Of a stretch of DNA of 64,000 bases, positions 35,201 through 46,099 are shown one piece after another. The DNA is taken from the NCBI GenBank assembly GCA_001643675.2, contig LSRY02000030.1:806001-870000 (forward strand). Direction: 5' to 3'. The DNA is from Monocercomonoides exilis PA203. Lineage: Eukaryota > Protista > Preaxostyla. Each line of letters begins with the position of its first letter. Positions within the stretch are counted from its first letter, which is position 1. Made by a program: the position numbers and the translations under genes. The notes beneath the pieces were generated by a model that saw only the letters and a program-made list of their open reading frames with translations, was not told the origin of the DNA and did not search any database.

Positions 35201-38200
35201 AAGCAACTGACTCCTTCGTTGCTCCCATCTTCTTGTTCATCTGCAGCTCTGGCGCCTTCCACCTCAGGCACTCTTTTTTGAAAAGGCTCTCATCCTCAAA
35301 CGCAGATGATGGCAGAGAATCCTCATCATCATCATCATCGCTGGCAGATGTCACAACGGTCGATGAAGAGATGGATGATGAGTCTGAATCATCAGAAGAA
35401 AGGAGATCAGAATGTATGACAATGCAGATCACCATGTGCTCGGAGAACAAAACAATGTGAGGACTCAGAGTGGAAAGAGAAGATAATCCATTTTCCATTT
35501 CATCAAAGGAGTGGAGCGCGAGATTAGCCACCCAGAACAGGATTTGGGCAGCTGTCTGCTCCCTCTCCTGCAGAGTACCTATCGCCATCTCTTTTGTCTT
35601 ATTACTCCCGTGAAGCAACATGAACAGCGAATCCCTCAGATCCACAATCAGCTTCTCATGAGGAGACGAACAGGCCATTGCATCCACCAGATTCGACATG
35701 GATGAAGTGGTTGGACACAAACTCTCTGATCGAACAAACGTTGAGTCTGAATCAGTTGTTGAAGTGGATGAAATGGATGGGGATGGAGTTCGCTTCCTTA
35801 TCTCTTCTTCCTCTTCCTCAACTTTCTCCAGCATCCATTGAGGGATCTTGTCTGAATCTCTTCCAAGGATGTATTCAGTCGATCCACTCTCAGACAGAAG
35901 ATGCTCTGATGACTCTGAATGTTCCATATTCCTCTCATACACCCTCTTTTTTATCATCTCTTCATTCTTCTTCTCTGCCTCTTTCTCTGCTCTTCTCCAC
36001 TGCTCCTCTGGTGACATCTCCATCGTCACCATCTCAAATGCCTTCGGATCCTTCCTCACTGTATCATTCACAATCTCTCTCAAATCTTTCGCTTCGTTCT
36101 TGACCTTTCTCCAACGAATAGTCACAATGACAGATACAATCAGAACAATCAAAAACAAAATAACGAATATTATCGCAATTATTGCAGACCATGATGATTT
36201 CCCTTCTTTCCCTCCTTCAACAATCCTTTCATCTCCTTCGACAACACTTTCACTCTTGTTCTTCACAATAAATCGCTCTGTTGATGAAGGTGAATCTCCT
36301 TTTCCAAACACAATCCACACACTCACTTCTGTCTCTTCTCTCACTTTCTCCCATTCTGAACATGAAATGAATGAGTGAATCTCATTCTCTGACACAAACC
36401 CATCTTCTTCAATCCCCTTTCTCACAATCTCCTCTTCATCCCCATTTTTCATGCTCATCTTCACCGACAAATCACATGGCAGAAGCAGCTTTCCCACAAT
36501 CATCAACTCCACATTTCCATTTGGCTGTGTTGTGTTCTTCACCTCTTCCAAAATGGGGATGAAAAATGATGATCCTCTGTCAGCTGCTATCCCTCCCAAT
36601 TCGCATCCTTCGTCCAATATCCAAAGCGATGTGTTTGGCAACAAACCATCTCCCCCTTTCACACTCACAACATTCAACTCCCCATTCCCTTCACAAATCA
36701 CATTCCTTCGAGCTGATGGATATCCCTCAATTGATGCGTTGTTATTCTCAAACTTTCCATTTTCAATCTTCAAACTCCCTCCACTCACCCACAATCCACC
36801 TCCCTTGCTCTTCATAATCGTTGTTTCCCTCATCTCCACATTGCTCTTCTCAACATCAGCCAATGACCCATTCCATTTGCACAATCCTTCTTTTCTATTG
36901 TTTTCTTCATTGGCAACCTCGATTTCTTTTTCTCCATCAAACACACATGCCTCAATTCTCACATTCTTGGAATTTCTGATCTGCATCATGCTTCCCTTAT
37001 CAACCGAATTCCCACATCTCCCAAATGAGCTGTTCAGCACACTCACATCTTGCTCAGCTTCATCCATCCCAATCACACACCCCTCCAACAACAGAGTCAC
37101 ATTCACAACTCCCATCTCTTTCATCTCCACTTTCGCTTTTCTTCCAACACTCACAACATCTCCCTCACATTCAATGTTCGACATTCTTGTTTCATCAATC
37201 ATCACATCCGATTCTTCACGAAATGAAAGCACTGACCTTGTTGAATGAATATCCTTGAACGTTGAATCAAATATCTTCAGCTCTCCACTTTCCACACTCA
37301 CAATTGAACTGTTCAACTTCATATCCTCAACTGTTGTTGTTGGGGAAGAGAAGAATTCACATTCTTGTATTTTCGTCATTCCATTCTTCACTTTCATGAG
37401 ATACCTGTGTGTTGACTCAAATCCATCTTCAAACTGGAATGAGCATCTCTCCACTGAACATTCATTCACAAACTCCATCACACAATCCTTCTCTGCTGAT
37501 TTCTCAATCTTGCAGTTCAATCGAACAATCCCCTGTGTCTTTTTCAATGAATTCACAACCAGATCTCCAATCACACACTCCTTCCTTACAAACCCTTCCC
37601 CATCAATCAGAATCCCATTCATCACCCCTTCCTCGATGTGCTCAACCCCACGGTTGATGCTCACACACGGATTGCTCTGTGCCCCACACCCCCTCCCATC
37701 ACTCCCTCTCCCACTCACAAACACCTGTGCCGAATAATAGAATGTGATCAGCGGAATCAGATCAACATCTCCCTCGCTCCAAACATCCCTCCCACAGATC
37801 GAGTTGTTCGAGTTCAGTGACTCCTGGTTGTAGTTCAGCGCAAACAGTGTTTCGTTGATCTGGTGAGCAATCGAGTGGCATCTGACAAATATGTCTTTCC
37901 CCACATGTGCCTCATTCATCACAAACAGGATGTTCACAATCTTGAATTTCAGAGGTGGAATCTGACTCTCATTTCCATAATTCGCATGTGGGTCAGACCC
38001 ATCAATAAACAGCCCTCCTCCACACCCTGTTTCACTCGAGCACTTGCACATCGAAAACGAGCTCCCATTCACTTTCAACACTGACTCCCCACTCTTCAGC
38101 ACCACTCTCATCCCCCCTCCTTCATCACTCAAACCACTCTTGCAACTCGACATCGAACACTCATCCATCACACACTCCACTCCATTCTCAAATGATCCCA

Positions 38201-41200
38201 CATCAATGACACTCGCTCCAATCCCTTCATTCGTGATGTTCGCAAATGAACACCCAACAACCCTCAGAACTGGTCTGTTCCCATTTGAAAATACCTTCTT
38301 TTCTCCATTCATCTGGTTTTCCTCTTCCATCATCGAAATCAGGCTTCTTTCTGTCACATCAGCAAATGAGATGTTCACATTCTGAAGTGTCACCTCACCT
38401 GCACTTGGGCTGAACGCAATCAACCCTTTCAACTCTGAAATCAAGCTCAACAAACACCCCTCAATCACAACACTCCCCCCATTCGCTCTCATCACACAAT
38501 ATCCAAAACTTTCTGCCACCCCTCTCCCTGGGCCAAATGAACAATCTGAAACTGACAATAATGTATTTGCTCCAGAGGATTCAATCAACACTTCGTGATT
38601 GGTTGTGATGGCTGGCTTGGTGAATGACACATTCACAAATGACAGACTCACATTCGATGATATCATTGAACCATCATCAGACAAATCATTCTCATCTTCA
38701 TCACTGATCGTCACTCCTGTCCCTTTCTTTGTCCCTTCAATCACCACTTTTGGTGACTCTGAAATTGATGATGAAGAAAATGAAAATGAAAATGATATGG
38801 AATGGCTCAACAACCCTGATCCCACAATGGCAATATGTGTTTCTCCTTCTCCAAGTGTCGGATATCGAAGTGATATCAAGTGATCAATCGATGAACATGG
38901 TGCTTCTGAATACCCACACCCACTGAAGTCTCCTCCTTTCTCTCGAGAAACAAACCCATTCCCACTCCAGTTCCTCCACAAATACACAACCAGCGGAATC
39001 ACATATCCCTCCTCTCCTGTTGACTTCCTCTCCCACCCACACAACTCATCCAATGATCCCAACTCCTCTTCCTTAATCTCCCATTTCAGATGCTCCTCAT
39101 TCGCAATCTCACTCAGATCCCATCCTGACACAAACACGTTCTTCCCTTTCCAGGCATTGCATCCCTCAAATCCCATCCCTTCCATCACAAATGTTCCCGT
39201 CCCATCTGCCAGCTTCACAAACATCCCTCCTCCCATTCCTCTCCCTCCATCCCCAACATCCTCTCTTGGCACTTCACACCCTGAATATTTCACATTTTTC
39301 ATTTCCAACCTCCCTCCTTTCTCCACTGATATCTTCATCCCTCCCCCTTTCATCCCACTCCCCCCTGAACACACTGATGACAAATTGCATTCTTCAACAT
39401 TCACAATCCCATTCACACCCATCTCCACATTCAAACATCCTCCTCCTCCTCCTCCAATTCCACCAACAACTTCCACTCCACTCATTCGGCTGTGATTCAT
39501 CTCCAATTCAGCTCCATTCGAAACAACAATTGGCGATTTCCCACTCATTCTCACTCCCCCTTCCATCGCAAATCCATTCACAACCACACCTCCTCCTTCA
39601 ATGCAAATCACATTGAATCCAATCATTTCATCATTTCCAAATGAGACAGAGCAACTGGTGATTGTTATGGTAGATGATGAGGAGTGAATAAATCCACTTC
39701 TCTTCCCATTCATTTCATCATTCAGCACAAATGACAAATTACCCATCTCAAATGATTTTGTGCACTCAATAAGGTTATTTTGATTTATCGATCCTTCATC
39801 TCTCACAACCACCCTCATCCCTTCTTCTTTCCCACACACACTCACCCCAAATGAAACCACTTTCATCTCACTCTTTATCCATGATTCTGATGCAACTTCA
39901 ATTTCATTCACATTGCTGCTCGCTCTCTTCTCAACACAATAGTCAATCGTCAAACACCCAAAATCCTCAAACCCACAATGGCTCTGATCCAGTGCCCTCT
40001 CTCCTCTCCCATCAACTCTCAGCTTTGTACCGATTGAACACAAATACACAAACAGCGGAATCACCTCCTCTTCTCTCCCATCCTCACTCCCACACAGCTT
40101 CACAACATCTGTTGGAATAACACTCCAATCAAAAAATGAAAATGAACTTCTGTTCACTTTCGACTCCAACAACACTCCTCCACCACAACCAACAAACACA
40201 TCCTTTCCATATGAAGCTTTGTTATCCTCTCCAAACATAAACAAACCCTCTCTTCCCGATTCCATTTTCATTGAACCATCCCTGCTCTCCATCACAATCA
40301 TCATCCCTCCCCCTCTCCCTTCACTTCTCCCTTCTGAACTCTCCCTTGAACCCTTCGCCTCACACCCATCAATCACACAACTCCCATTCACAACAACACT
40401 CCCTTCCCCCTTCACAACAACACTCATCCCTCCTCCTCTTCCACCAACACACTTGCACCCCTTCACAACACACGATTCAATCACAATTATCCCATTCTTC
40501 CCCTCATCTCTCTCTGCCCCAACCACTCCACTCACCCATCCTCCATCTCCATTTCTCTTCTCAATATTACTCACCTCACACCCACAAACCACAACTGATT
40601 CCACCCCTTCACCAAACTCAATCACTGAATGTTCTCCAAATGTCAAGGTTTCTGTTATCACCAATCCCTCCACTTTCACTTTTCCCCCAATCACATTCAC
40701 AAAACAATATCCAATGGAATTCTCTGATGAACAAACAACAGAACAGTCAGTGAGTGTGAGGAGTGTGGAGTTGGATGAAATCAGAGATGATGATGATGCA
40801 CCAGATAGTGCAGATGGAATACAGAACTTGATGTTTCTCATTGAACACTTGCTCAACACCTCAATCAGACAAGATGACTCAAAATTCTCTGGTGCTTTCA
40901 CCCCAACCTCCATCCCTTTTCTCGCACAGGAAATCTCCCATTCATTGCCATCTGTCATTCCAATTGCCTCAGCAAGCTCATATCCTGAATCCAATTCGAT
41001 CTTCTTGTTTGTGTCTGCATATCTCACCTGCGCTGCATGCGTGATAGTGGCACACGGATAATAGTCAAACCCACAGAACCACGAGTTGTATCCACCCAGC
41101 CCATCCTTCCCCTTCCCCACATGTGCTGCATCTGGATATCTGTCCAAATACACATTCAATGGGAACAGCCCCATTGTTGTGTCACTCCGATCATATCCCA

Positions 41201-43371
41201 CCAGCTCATTGTATTTTGAACTGTCATGTTGGATATTCAGCTTTTCTGTTGTTATTCCCCAGCTCGCTGAATTGCTCCCATTCACAAACACATAATTCCC
41301 CCCCAATGAAGCAGAACACCCTGAAAAGTCAACTGACACAATCGAGAAGTCAATTGAGTTGTCAGCCAAATTCAACACCATCCCTCCTCCATATTTGCCA
41401 CTTGTGCATCTGTTCATTGTTGTTGTTCTTTCTATCTGAAGCTTGCTTGCATCTGTTTTCAACTCAACCTTGATCCCACCACCACTGCCACTTTCACACT
41501 CGCAATCTTCGATTGTCACATTCTGAACAACAAATGTCTCCCCTTCTGCCACACTCTTTGCCACAGCCACTCCATCTCCTTCAGTCAACTTCACATTCGT
41601 CACCGTCAAGTTCGCCAGCGTGCTCTCTCCAGATGAAGTGGCTGTCAAAAACAGGGCAGATGAGGAGGAGGAAGAAGAAGACAAAGCAGGTTCAGAGAAC
41701 AATGATTTTGAGACATTCATATTCTTGATCTCCACACCAACCATCGACAGCTGTAACAGCGGCACCACAAACACTGAAGAAGATATCATATATTCTCCAA
41801 TATTGCTCGTGGTGATCACAACATCCTCCAATGAGAGTGACCCACTCCCATCAGACACCACAACCACACTCGGCGAAGGACTTGCATTTGAGTTGCAATC
41901 AACCTTCATGTGCAATAAACCAAGTTGGCCTGTTGTCGCACTGAACAGCGCTCCAGTTGATGAAAGGGCTCCTGTTCCAATCGAACTCTTCTCTATGCCT
42001 ATCCCAATGACCGAAATCTTCTTTTCTCCAATCTCAATTGTTGTCACCTCGCTTGTGTGATTCCCTTCCATCAGGGTGATTGCCAAGCTAATCTGCACTT
42101 CACACATCTCAAACGCTTTCTTCACTGTCAAACATGGATTTAATTCATTAACCCCACACAACTCAGAAGCATCATTCCCATTCACAGAAACATATGTTGT
42201 CTTGTCTTTCAGCCAATCTTTTTTCGATGTTTGTTCATATGCCCAGGAACCGGATGAATTAAACGTATAGCACACTCTTTTATCATCTGTATTTGTTGTG
42301 TAACATTCAAAGAATGGATTAATTGACGATAAATACAAATTGTTAAAATCAACGAAATCAATATCATGCCCATATGGAGTGTTTGGAGAGCATTTGCATT
42401 CGTGAAAGAACAAAAAATAACAATAAATCCCATCATCTTGTTTTTCCGGTCTGAAGCTCATGCCTCCTCCATATGACGATACGAAACATGACAAAAACTG
42501 AATGCTCCTAATTTTGAACTGAGAAGGAAATTTATATACCCACATGCCTCCACCATATGAACCAGAAAGTGAGCATAAAGAAAAACTGCAGTCAAACACA
42601 CACGCACTCTCTCCTCTTCCGCTGTCTGCGTCAATGCAATTTGATCCCCAAATCTGAAAAGATTCGAGAAAGAGCCCTCCTCCGTCATAATTTGCTTTAC
42701 AATTTCTGAAGTTGCATCCACTGATCTGAACACATGTTGAAATCGTATAAACGAAAGCCCCTCCTCCATATCGATTTTGCGCATGACATGAGTCGAAAGT
42801 GTTGTTCACAAATTCAACAGAATTAATTCCATGGCACATTATTCCTCCTCCAGCGTAAAAAGCATAACAATTATTAAAAGAGCAATGAGAAACGGAAAGA
42901 ATTCCATTTCCTCGATTGAACATTTGAATTGCTCCTCCATTAGAAGCATCATCAGCATAATCTCCCGTTGATCCTGTTGTCTTTGATCCATTCCATTCGC
43001 ACCAAACAAATGTGTTCACACCGTTGTCAAGGATCTTTATTCTCTCTTGTTTCGACAGATTCCCTTCTGTTCCATTGACATTGACATTCCTTGTCCGACA
43101 ACACCCAACGAATGAGGTGTTTGAGGCTGTCAAGGAGGCCAAGGGGTTGTTCAGAGAGGGAACAATCCCGCCATCATATGCATCACAAACAGAAGAAAAT
43201 AAACAGCTGCTCATCATGCAAGTGATTTGGGTTGACATTGTGGTTGATAGTGAACATGCATCATTTGCTGTTGAAATGTTGAAAAAAATGAGTTTGGAGA
43301 GGGATATGAGAGAAATGGAAGGTGAAGAGAAAAATGGGGCTAAAGACACACAAAAAGAGGAAAAATGAGAT
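23719..43371. repeat. Giant inverted duplication: arms 23719-33399 and 33672-43371, 272-bp unique spacer
   Basis: Mirror-image ORF sets with identical translations (e.g. 26030-26872 vs 40219-41061; 32891-33121 vs 33950-34180). Inner junctions read gataaaatg| and |cattttatc. Confidence 0.95.
34036..34240 (+). pseudogene. Short surface-protein gene fragment homologous to 17420-17620 (mirror copy at ~32830-33035)
   Basis: Shared strings ccccaacaga.cccatg.gccaccatcga.tatgccct and caagacgcctctctcac.ctcctc.cctcaatatttgttcc. Confidence 0.8.
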
Positions 43372-44048
43372 GAACAAACAGAAACAAAGCATTTTTCTGA
43401 AAACTCTCCTTTGGGGGATTTTGAAGAGAAGAAAGATGGAAATGTCTTCAAAACACCAATTGAAGATGAACTGAGTGAAACATTTTTGAAAACTCCATAT
43501 CCTCCAGTCAGGCAAAACGGAGACATCTCACTCACCACAAAAATACCACAATCATCCAATTCAAGAAAACTTCCATCCTCAACTTCAACAACATTTCTCT
43601 CATCACGTTGAATCAGCTCTAATGATTTGAGTTTCAGAGAAGAATTAATCAGAACAAAACATCCTTCAATCTCACTTTCTTCATATTTTCTTTCAAGTTT
43701 CCTCGTTTCTCCTTTTCCAAAAAAATACTCATCATTCGATTTATTGTATTGATTGCCTTCCACAATCATGTTGTTTCTTTCATCTTCCATTTTTTGATAA
43801 TTTTTCTTTGATTTTTCCCGTTTTTCATCTTCTTCCATTCCACCTTCATTCACTTCAACAATTATTTCAAATTTGTTTTTTTCTCCATTCTTATCGATTT
43901 GAAGGTTTTTCAACAAAGAGTTTCCCAAATAATCTGTATTTCTTTCAATCATTGAATTCTCCACCAGATGTGCTTCATCATTTGTGGCACCATTGCGCAG
44001 GCATTCCACACATATTATCCAAACAAAACAACATATTCCTGTCAGCAT
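34848..44048 (-). CDS. Large Cys/Gly-rich single-pass surface receptor with kinase-like C-lobe, copy B, 3066 aa, intronless
   Basis: Uninterrupted ORF with hydrophobic N-terminus and repeated GGAI/GGG(M/I/L) and FxxC motifs (pectin-lyase/Pmp-like beta-helix). Recurring CG...PC.T/SI modules, TM helix SAIIAIIFVILFLIVLIVSVIVTI-RWRK, and tail LRWKAPE...FSIGMMLWECLTLEIPF...RP. Confidence 0.92.
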   Translation of the reverse strand: MLTGICCFVWIICVECLRNGATNDEAHLVENSMIERNTDYLGNSLLKNLQIDKNGEKNKFEIIVEVNEGGMEEDEKREKSKKNYQKMEDERNNMIVEGNQYNKSNDEYFFGKGETRKLERKYEESEIEGCFVLINSSLKLKSLELIQRDERNVVEVEDGSFLELDDCGIFVVSEMSPFCLTGGYGVFKNVSLSSSSIGVLKTFPSFFSSKSPKGEFSEKCFVSVCSSHFSSFCVSLAPFFSSPSISLISLSKLIFFNISTANDACSLSTTMSTQITCMMSSCLFSSVCDAYDGGIVPSLNNPLASLTASNTSFVGCCRTRNVNVNGTEGNLSKQERIKILDNGVNTFVWCEWNGSKTTGSTGDYADDASNGGAIQMFNRGNGILSVSHCSFNNCYAFYAGGGIMCHGINSVEFVNNTFDSCHAQNRYGGGAFVYTISTCVQISGCNFRNCKANYDGGGLFLESFQIWGSNCIDADSGRGESACVFDCSFSLCSLSGSYGGGMWVYKFPSQFKIRSIQFLSCFVSSYGGGMSFRPEKQDDGIYCYFLFFHECKCSPNTPYGHDIDFVDFNNLYLSSINPFFECYTTNTDDKRVCYTFNSSGSWAYEQTSKKDWLKDKTTYVSVNGNDASELCGVNELNPCLTVKKAFEMCEVQISLAITLMEGNHTSEVTTIEIGEKKISVIGIGIEKSSIGTGALSSTGALFSATTGQLGLLHMKVDCNSNASPSPSVVVVSDGSGSLSLEDVVITTSNIGEYMISSSVFVVPLLQLSMVGVEIKNMNVSKSLFSEPALSSSSSSSSALFLTATSSGESTLANLTVTNVKLTEGDGVAVAKSVAEGETFVVQNVTIEDCECESGSGGGIKVELKTDASKLQIERTTTMNRCTSGKYGGGMVLNLADNSIDFSIVSVDFSGCSASLGGNYVFVNGSNSASWGITTEKLNIQHDSSKYNELVGYDRSDTTMGLFPLNVYLDRYPDAAHVGKGKDGLGGYNSWFCGFDYYPCATITHAAQVRYADTNKKIELDSGYELAEAIGMTDGNEWEISCARKGMEVGVKAPENFESSCLIEVLSKCSMRNIKFCIPSALSGASSSSLISSNSTLLTLTDCSVVCSSENSIGYCFVNVIGGKVKVEGLVITETLTFGEHSVIEFGEGVESVVVCGCEVSNIEKRNGDGGWVSGVVGAERDEGKNGIIVIESCVVKGCKCVGGRGGGMSVVVKGEGSVVVNGSCVIDGCEAKGSRESSEGRSEGRGGGMMIVMESRDGSMKMESGREGLFMFGEDNKASYGKDVFVGCGGGVLLESKVNRSSFSFFDWSVIPTDVVKLCGSEDGREEEVIPLFVYLCSIGTKLRVDGRGERALDQSHCGFEDFGCLTIDYCVEKRASSNVNEIEVASESWIKSEMKVVSFGVSVCGKEEGMRVVVRDEGSINQNNLIECTKSFEMGNLSFVLNDEMNGKRSGFIHSSSSTITITSCSVSFGNDEMIGFNVICIEGGGVVVNGFAMEGGVRMSGKSPIVVSNGAELEMNHSRMSGVEVVGGIGGGGGGCLNVEMGVNGIVNVEECNLSSVCSGGSGMKGGGMKISVEKGGRLEMKNVKYSGCEVPREDVGDGGRGMGGGMFVKLADGTGTFVMEGMGFEGCNAWKGKNVFVSGWDLSEIANEEHLKWEIKEEELGSLDELCGWERKSTGEEGYVIPLVVYLWRNWSGNGFVSREKGGDFSGCGYSEAPCSSIDHLISLRYPTLGEGETHIAIVGSGLLSHSISFSFSFSSSSISESPKVVIEGTKKGTGVTISDEDENDLSDDGSMISSNVSLSFVNVSFTKPAITTNHEVLIESSGANTLLSVSDCSFGPGRGVAESFGYCVMRANGGSVVIEGCLLSLISELKGLIAFSPSAGEVTLQNVNISFADVTERSLISMMEEENQMNGEKKVFSNGNRPVLRVVGCSFANITNEGIGASVIDVGSFENGVECVMDECSMSSCKSGLSDEGGGMRVVLKSGESVLKVNGSSFSMCKCSSETGCGGGLFIDGSDPHANYGNESQIPPLKFKIVNILFVMNEAHVGKDIFVRCHSIAHQINETLFALNYNQESLNSNNSICGRDVWSEGDVDLIPLITFYYSAQVFVSGRGSDGRGCGAQSNPCVSINRGVEHIEEGVMNGILIDGEGFVRKECVIGDLVVNSLKKTQGIVRLNCKIEKSAEKDCVMEFVNECSVERCSFQFEDGFESTHRYLMKVKNGMTKIQECEFFSSPTTTVEDMKLNSSIVSVESGELKIFDSTFKDIHSTRSVLSFREESDVMIDETRMSNIECEGDVVSVGRKAKVEMKEMGVVNVTLLLEGCVIGMDEAEQDVSVLNSSFGRCGNSVDKGSMMQIRNSKNVRIEACVFDGEKEIEVANEENNRKEGLCKWNGSLADVEKSNVEMRETTIMKSKGGGLWVSGGSLKIENGKFENNNASIEGYPSARRNVICEGNGELNVVSVKGGDGLLPNTSLWILDEGCELGGIAADRGSSFFIPILEEVKNTTQPNGNVELMIVGKLLLPCDLSVKMSMKNGDEEEIVRKGIEEDGFVSENEIHSFISCSEWEKVREETEVSVWIVFGKGDSPSSTERFIVKNKSESVVEGDERIVEGGKEGKSSWSAIIAIIFVILFLIVLIVSVIVTIRWRKVKNEAKDLREIVNDTVRKDPKAFEMVTMEMSPEEQWRRAEKEAEKKNEEMIKKRVYERNMEHSESSEHLLSESGSTEYILGRDSDKIPQWMLEKVEEEEEEIRKRTPSPSISSTSTTDSDSTFVRSESLCPTTSSMSNLVDAMACSSPHEKLIVDLRDSLFMLLHGSNKTKEMAIGTLQEREQTAAQILFWVANLALHSFDEMENGLSSLSTLSPHIVLFSEHMVICIVIHSDLLSSDDSDSSSISSSTVVTSASDDDDDEDSLPSSAFEDESLFKKECLRWKAPELQMNKKMGATKESVAFSIGMMLWECLTLEIPFGEYEGEVAGQKIVNGERPSANEGRGSPLMNYAEMCLSGDASKRPTLVNIKRQFISRFPGGGPTMTMSDAIEIEDSSDEEEAEECSTRKKDKSRGSELLKM

Positions 44049-46099
44049 AGGAACTTATCCACTCAAAGAAGACACTTTTCTTTTTTTCTGGATTTCTTCT
44101 TTTTAAGAATGGGTGCAATAATAAAAATTAATGAAAAATAGAATATTTTTCCTGTTCAATTGCAAAGCATGATATATTATTTAATTCATTTTGAAATATT
44201 TTGAATGAGCAAAATTTTCTTTGTTGTTTGATCATTTGAATAATACGAAATGATTGACTGAAAATATTGATGTTCTGATATTTTCATTAATACAAAGAGA
44301 GAAGCTGTAATACTCATTCATCTTGCCAGAATATTTGTTTATCAGTCTCTGAGCGTGTTGTTCATTTTTCAAGTGAAGTGAGAGTTGGAGAAGCATTATT
44401 CATTTTGGAATTCATTAATCTAAGGAACAGATGAGGTTTGTGCAGTGAAAGTTTTTTGAAGATATTTATCATGTCTTATTTTCTGGTATTTGTGTGATTT
44501 ATGCATTTGTAGTCAAATTGAGGCATTTGGGATTATAATTTCTTGATTGTTATTTGTTGAAGCGTTGGATGGCTGAAATGGAACACTCTCGTCCAATGAG
44601 ATGGAAGGTGTGGAATAGATTTATATTAGATGTTTCATTTGGTGTTTTATTTATTTGTTTGGTTTCTTTTGCGAACAGGACAGAAAATGATGCAACTTGA
44701 GAAAAAGGAAAGAGGCCAAAGGCTGAAATGACTGAAAATGGATGATTTTGAAAAGGACAAAGGCACTTAAGAAAAGAATGCAATTTGCAACGAATATCTG
44801 TTGAATGTTTGCTTTTCTCGAATATTTTCATGAAGAATCTCATTGTTTTGTATTTCTATTGTATTTTGGTTTGGAAATTTCACATCTGCTTGTATCTTCA
44901 TGTTCATATATGACAGGACGATGGAATTCATTTTACTCTATTTTTGGCAGATTTCTTTTTGAAGATGGTATTTTGAGGAAAAGACAGAAAGGCAGAGAAA
45001 AAACGAAGAACGAGGAAAAATTGAGGGATTGAAGAGATAATGTTGAGAAAGGAGAAATGAAGTGGAGGAAAGGTTGGCGACGAGGAAGAATCAAATTTAA
45101 GGATATTATTTTAAGGAACCGTCTGAAGAGGAGAAGAACAAATGGAAATGATGATGATGTTTTCACAAAGAAAAAGTGCAGCCACCAAAGTGGATTTATT
45201 GATTTCAGATTTCATGAACCAACATTCATCAACACCGCCTGAAAGAGGAAAGAAAATGGAACATACAGATGAATCATCATATTTACTGATGTGGCAGTTT
45301 TTTGAGGGAAAAGGATCGAAGAAGATTGTTTTGCTGTTGACGTGTTTATTCATCTTCTATCATAACCATTTCTTCAAAAAATGTGCCTTTAGCATCATCA
45401 GCCACTTAATTCTACATTCATCCTCAATTTCATCAACAGAGCAGGAAATGCCTCATATTCCTTGACTTTTTCTTCTAATATGTTACTGCAAAGCTGATAT
45501 TCGTTTATTTTATGGATAACTGGTGATTCCACCATTTTTCGTTCAACGTTTTATGAAGCTGCTGAACCGAATATAAATAACGGTAATTTACTAGCGATGA
45601 ATGAGCATAGTGAAAAAAAAAAGAAAAATACCTGTAATTGTTTTTTTTGGAACTATTCAACTTTATTTATTTTACGCATTTTTACTCAACTTTTTGAAAT
45701 TATGTTTTCTTTAAATCAGTGTTGTTTTGCAAGCTGAAAAACTTTTTTTTTTCGAATTTGAATTATTTTTGGTGAAATATGGAATCATCAACAAATCCAT
45801 ACGAACCTTATTCCTCTCTGAAATTTTTGGATGATAATTTTCTTTATTTTTTCAATAAATATTAAATTTGTTTCTAATAATGAATTTTTTAACAAAAATT
45901 TCAAAAATCAATTTTCTGTATTTTTTTGTTCCATTCTTCTCTAATAAATATTCTTTTTAACAATTTTTGAATTTTTCTGTAATTATTTGCATTGTTACGG
46001 TTGAAACATAATGATAAGGTTGGAGAAAAAGTTTGGAACAAATCACAGTTTTTTTCATAGTTGCAAAAATTTAACCTCAAATGTACATGTAAATAAATA

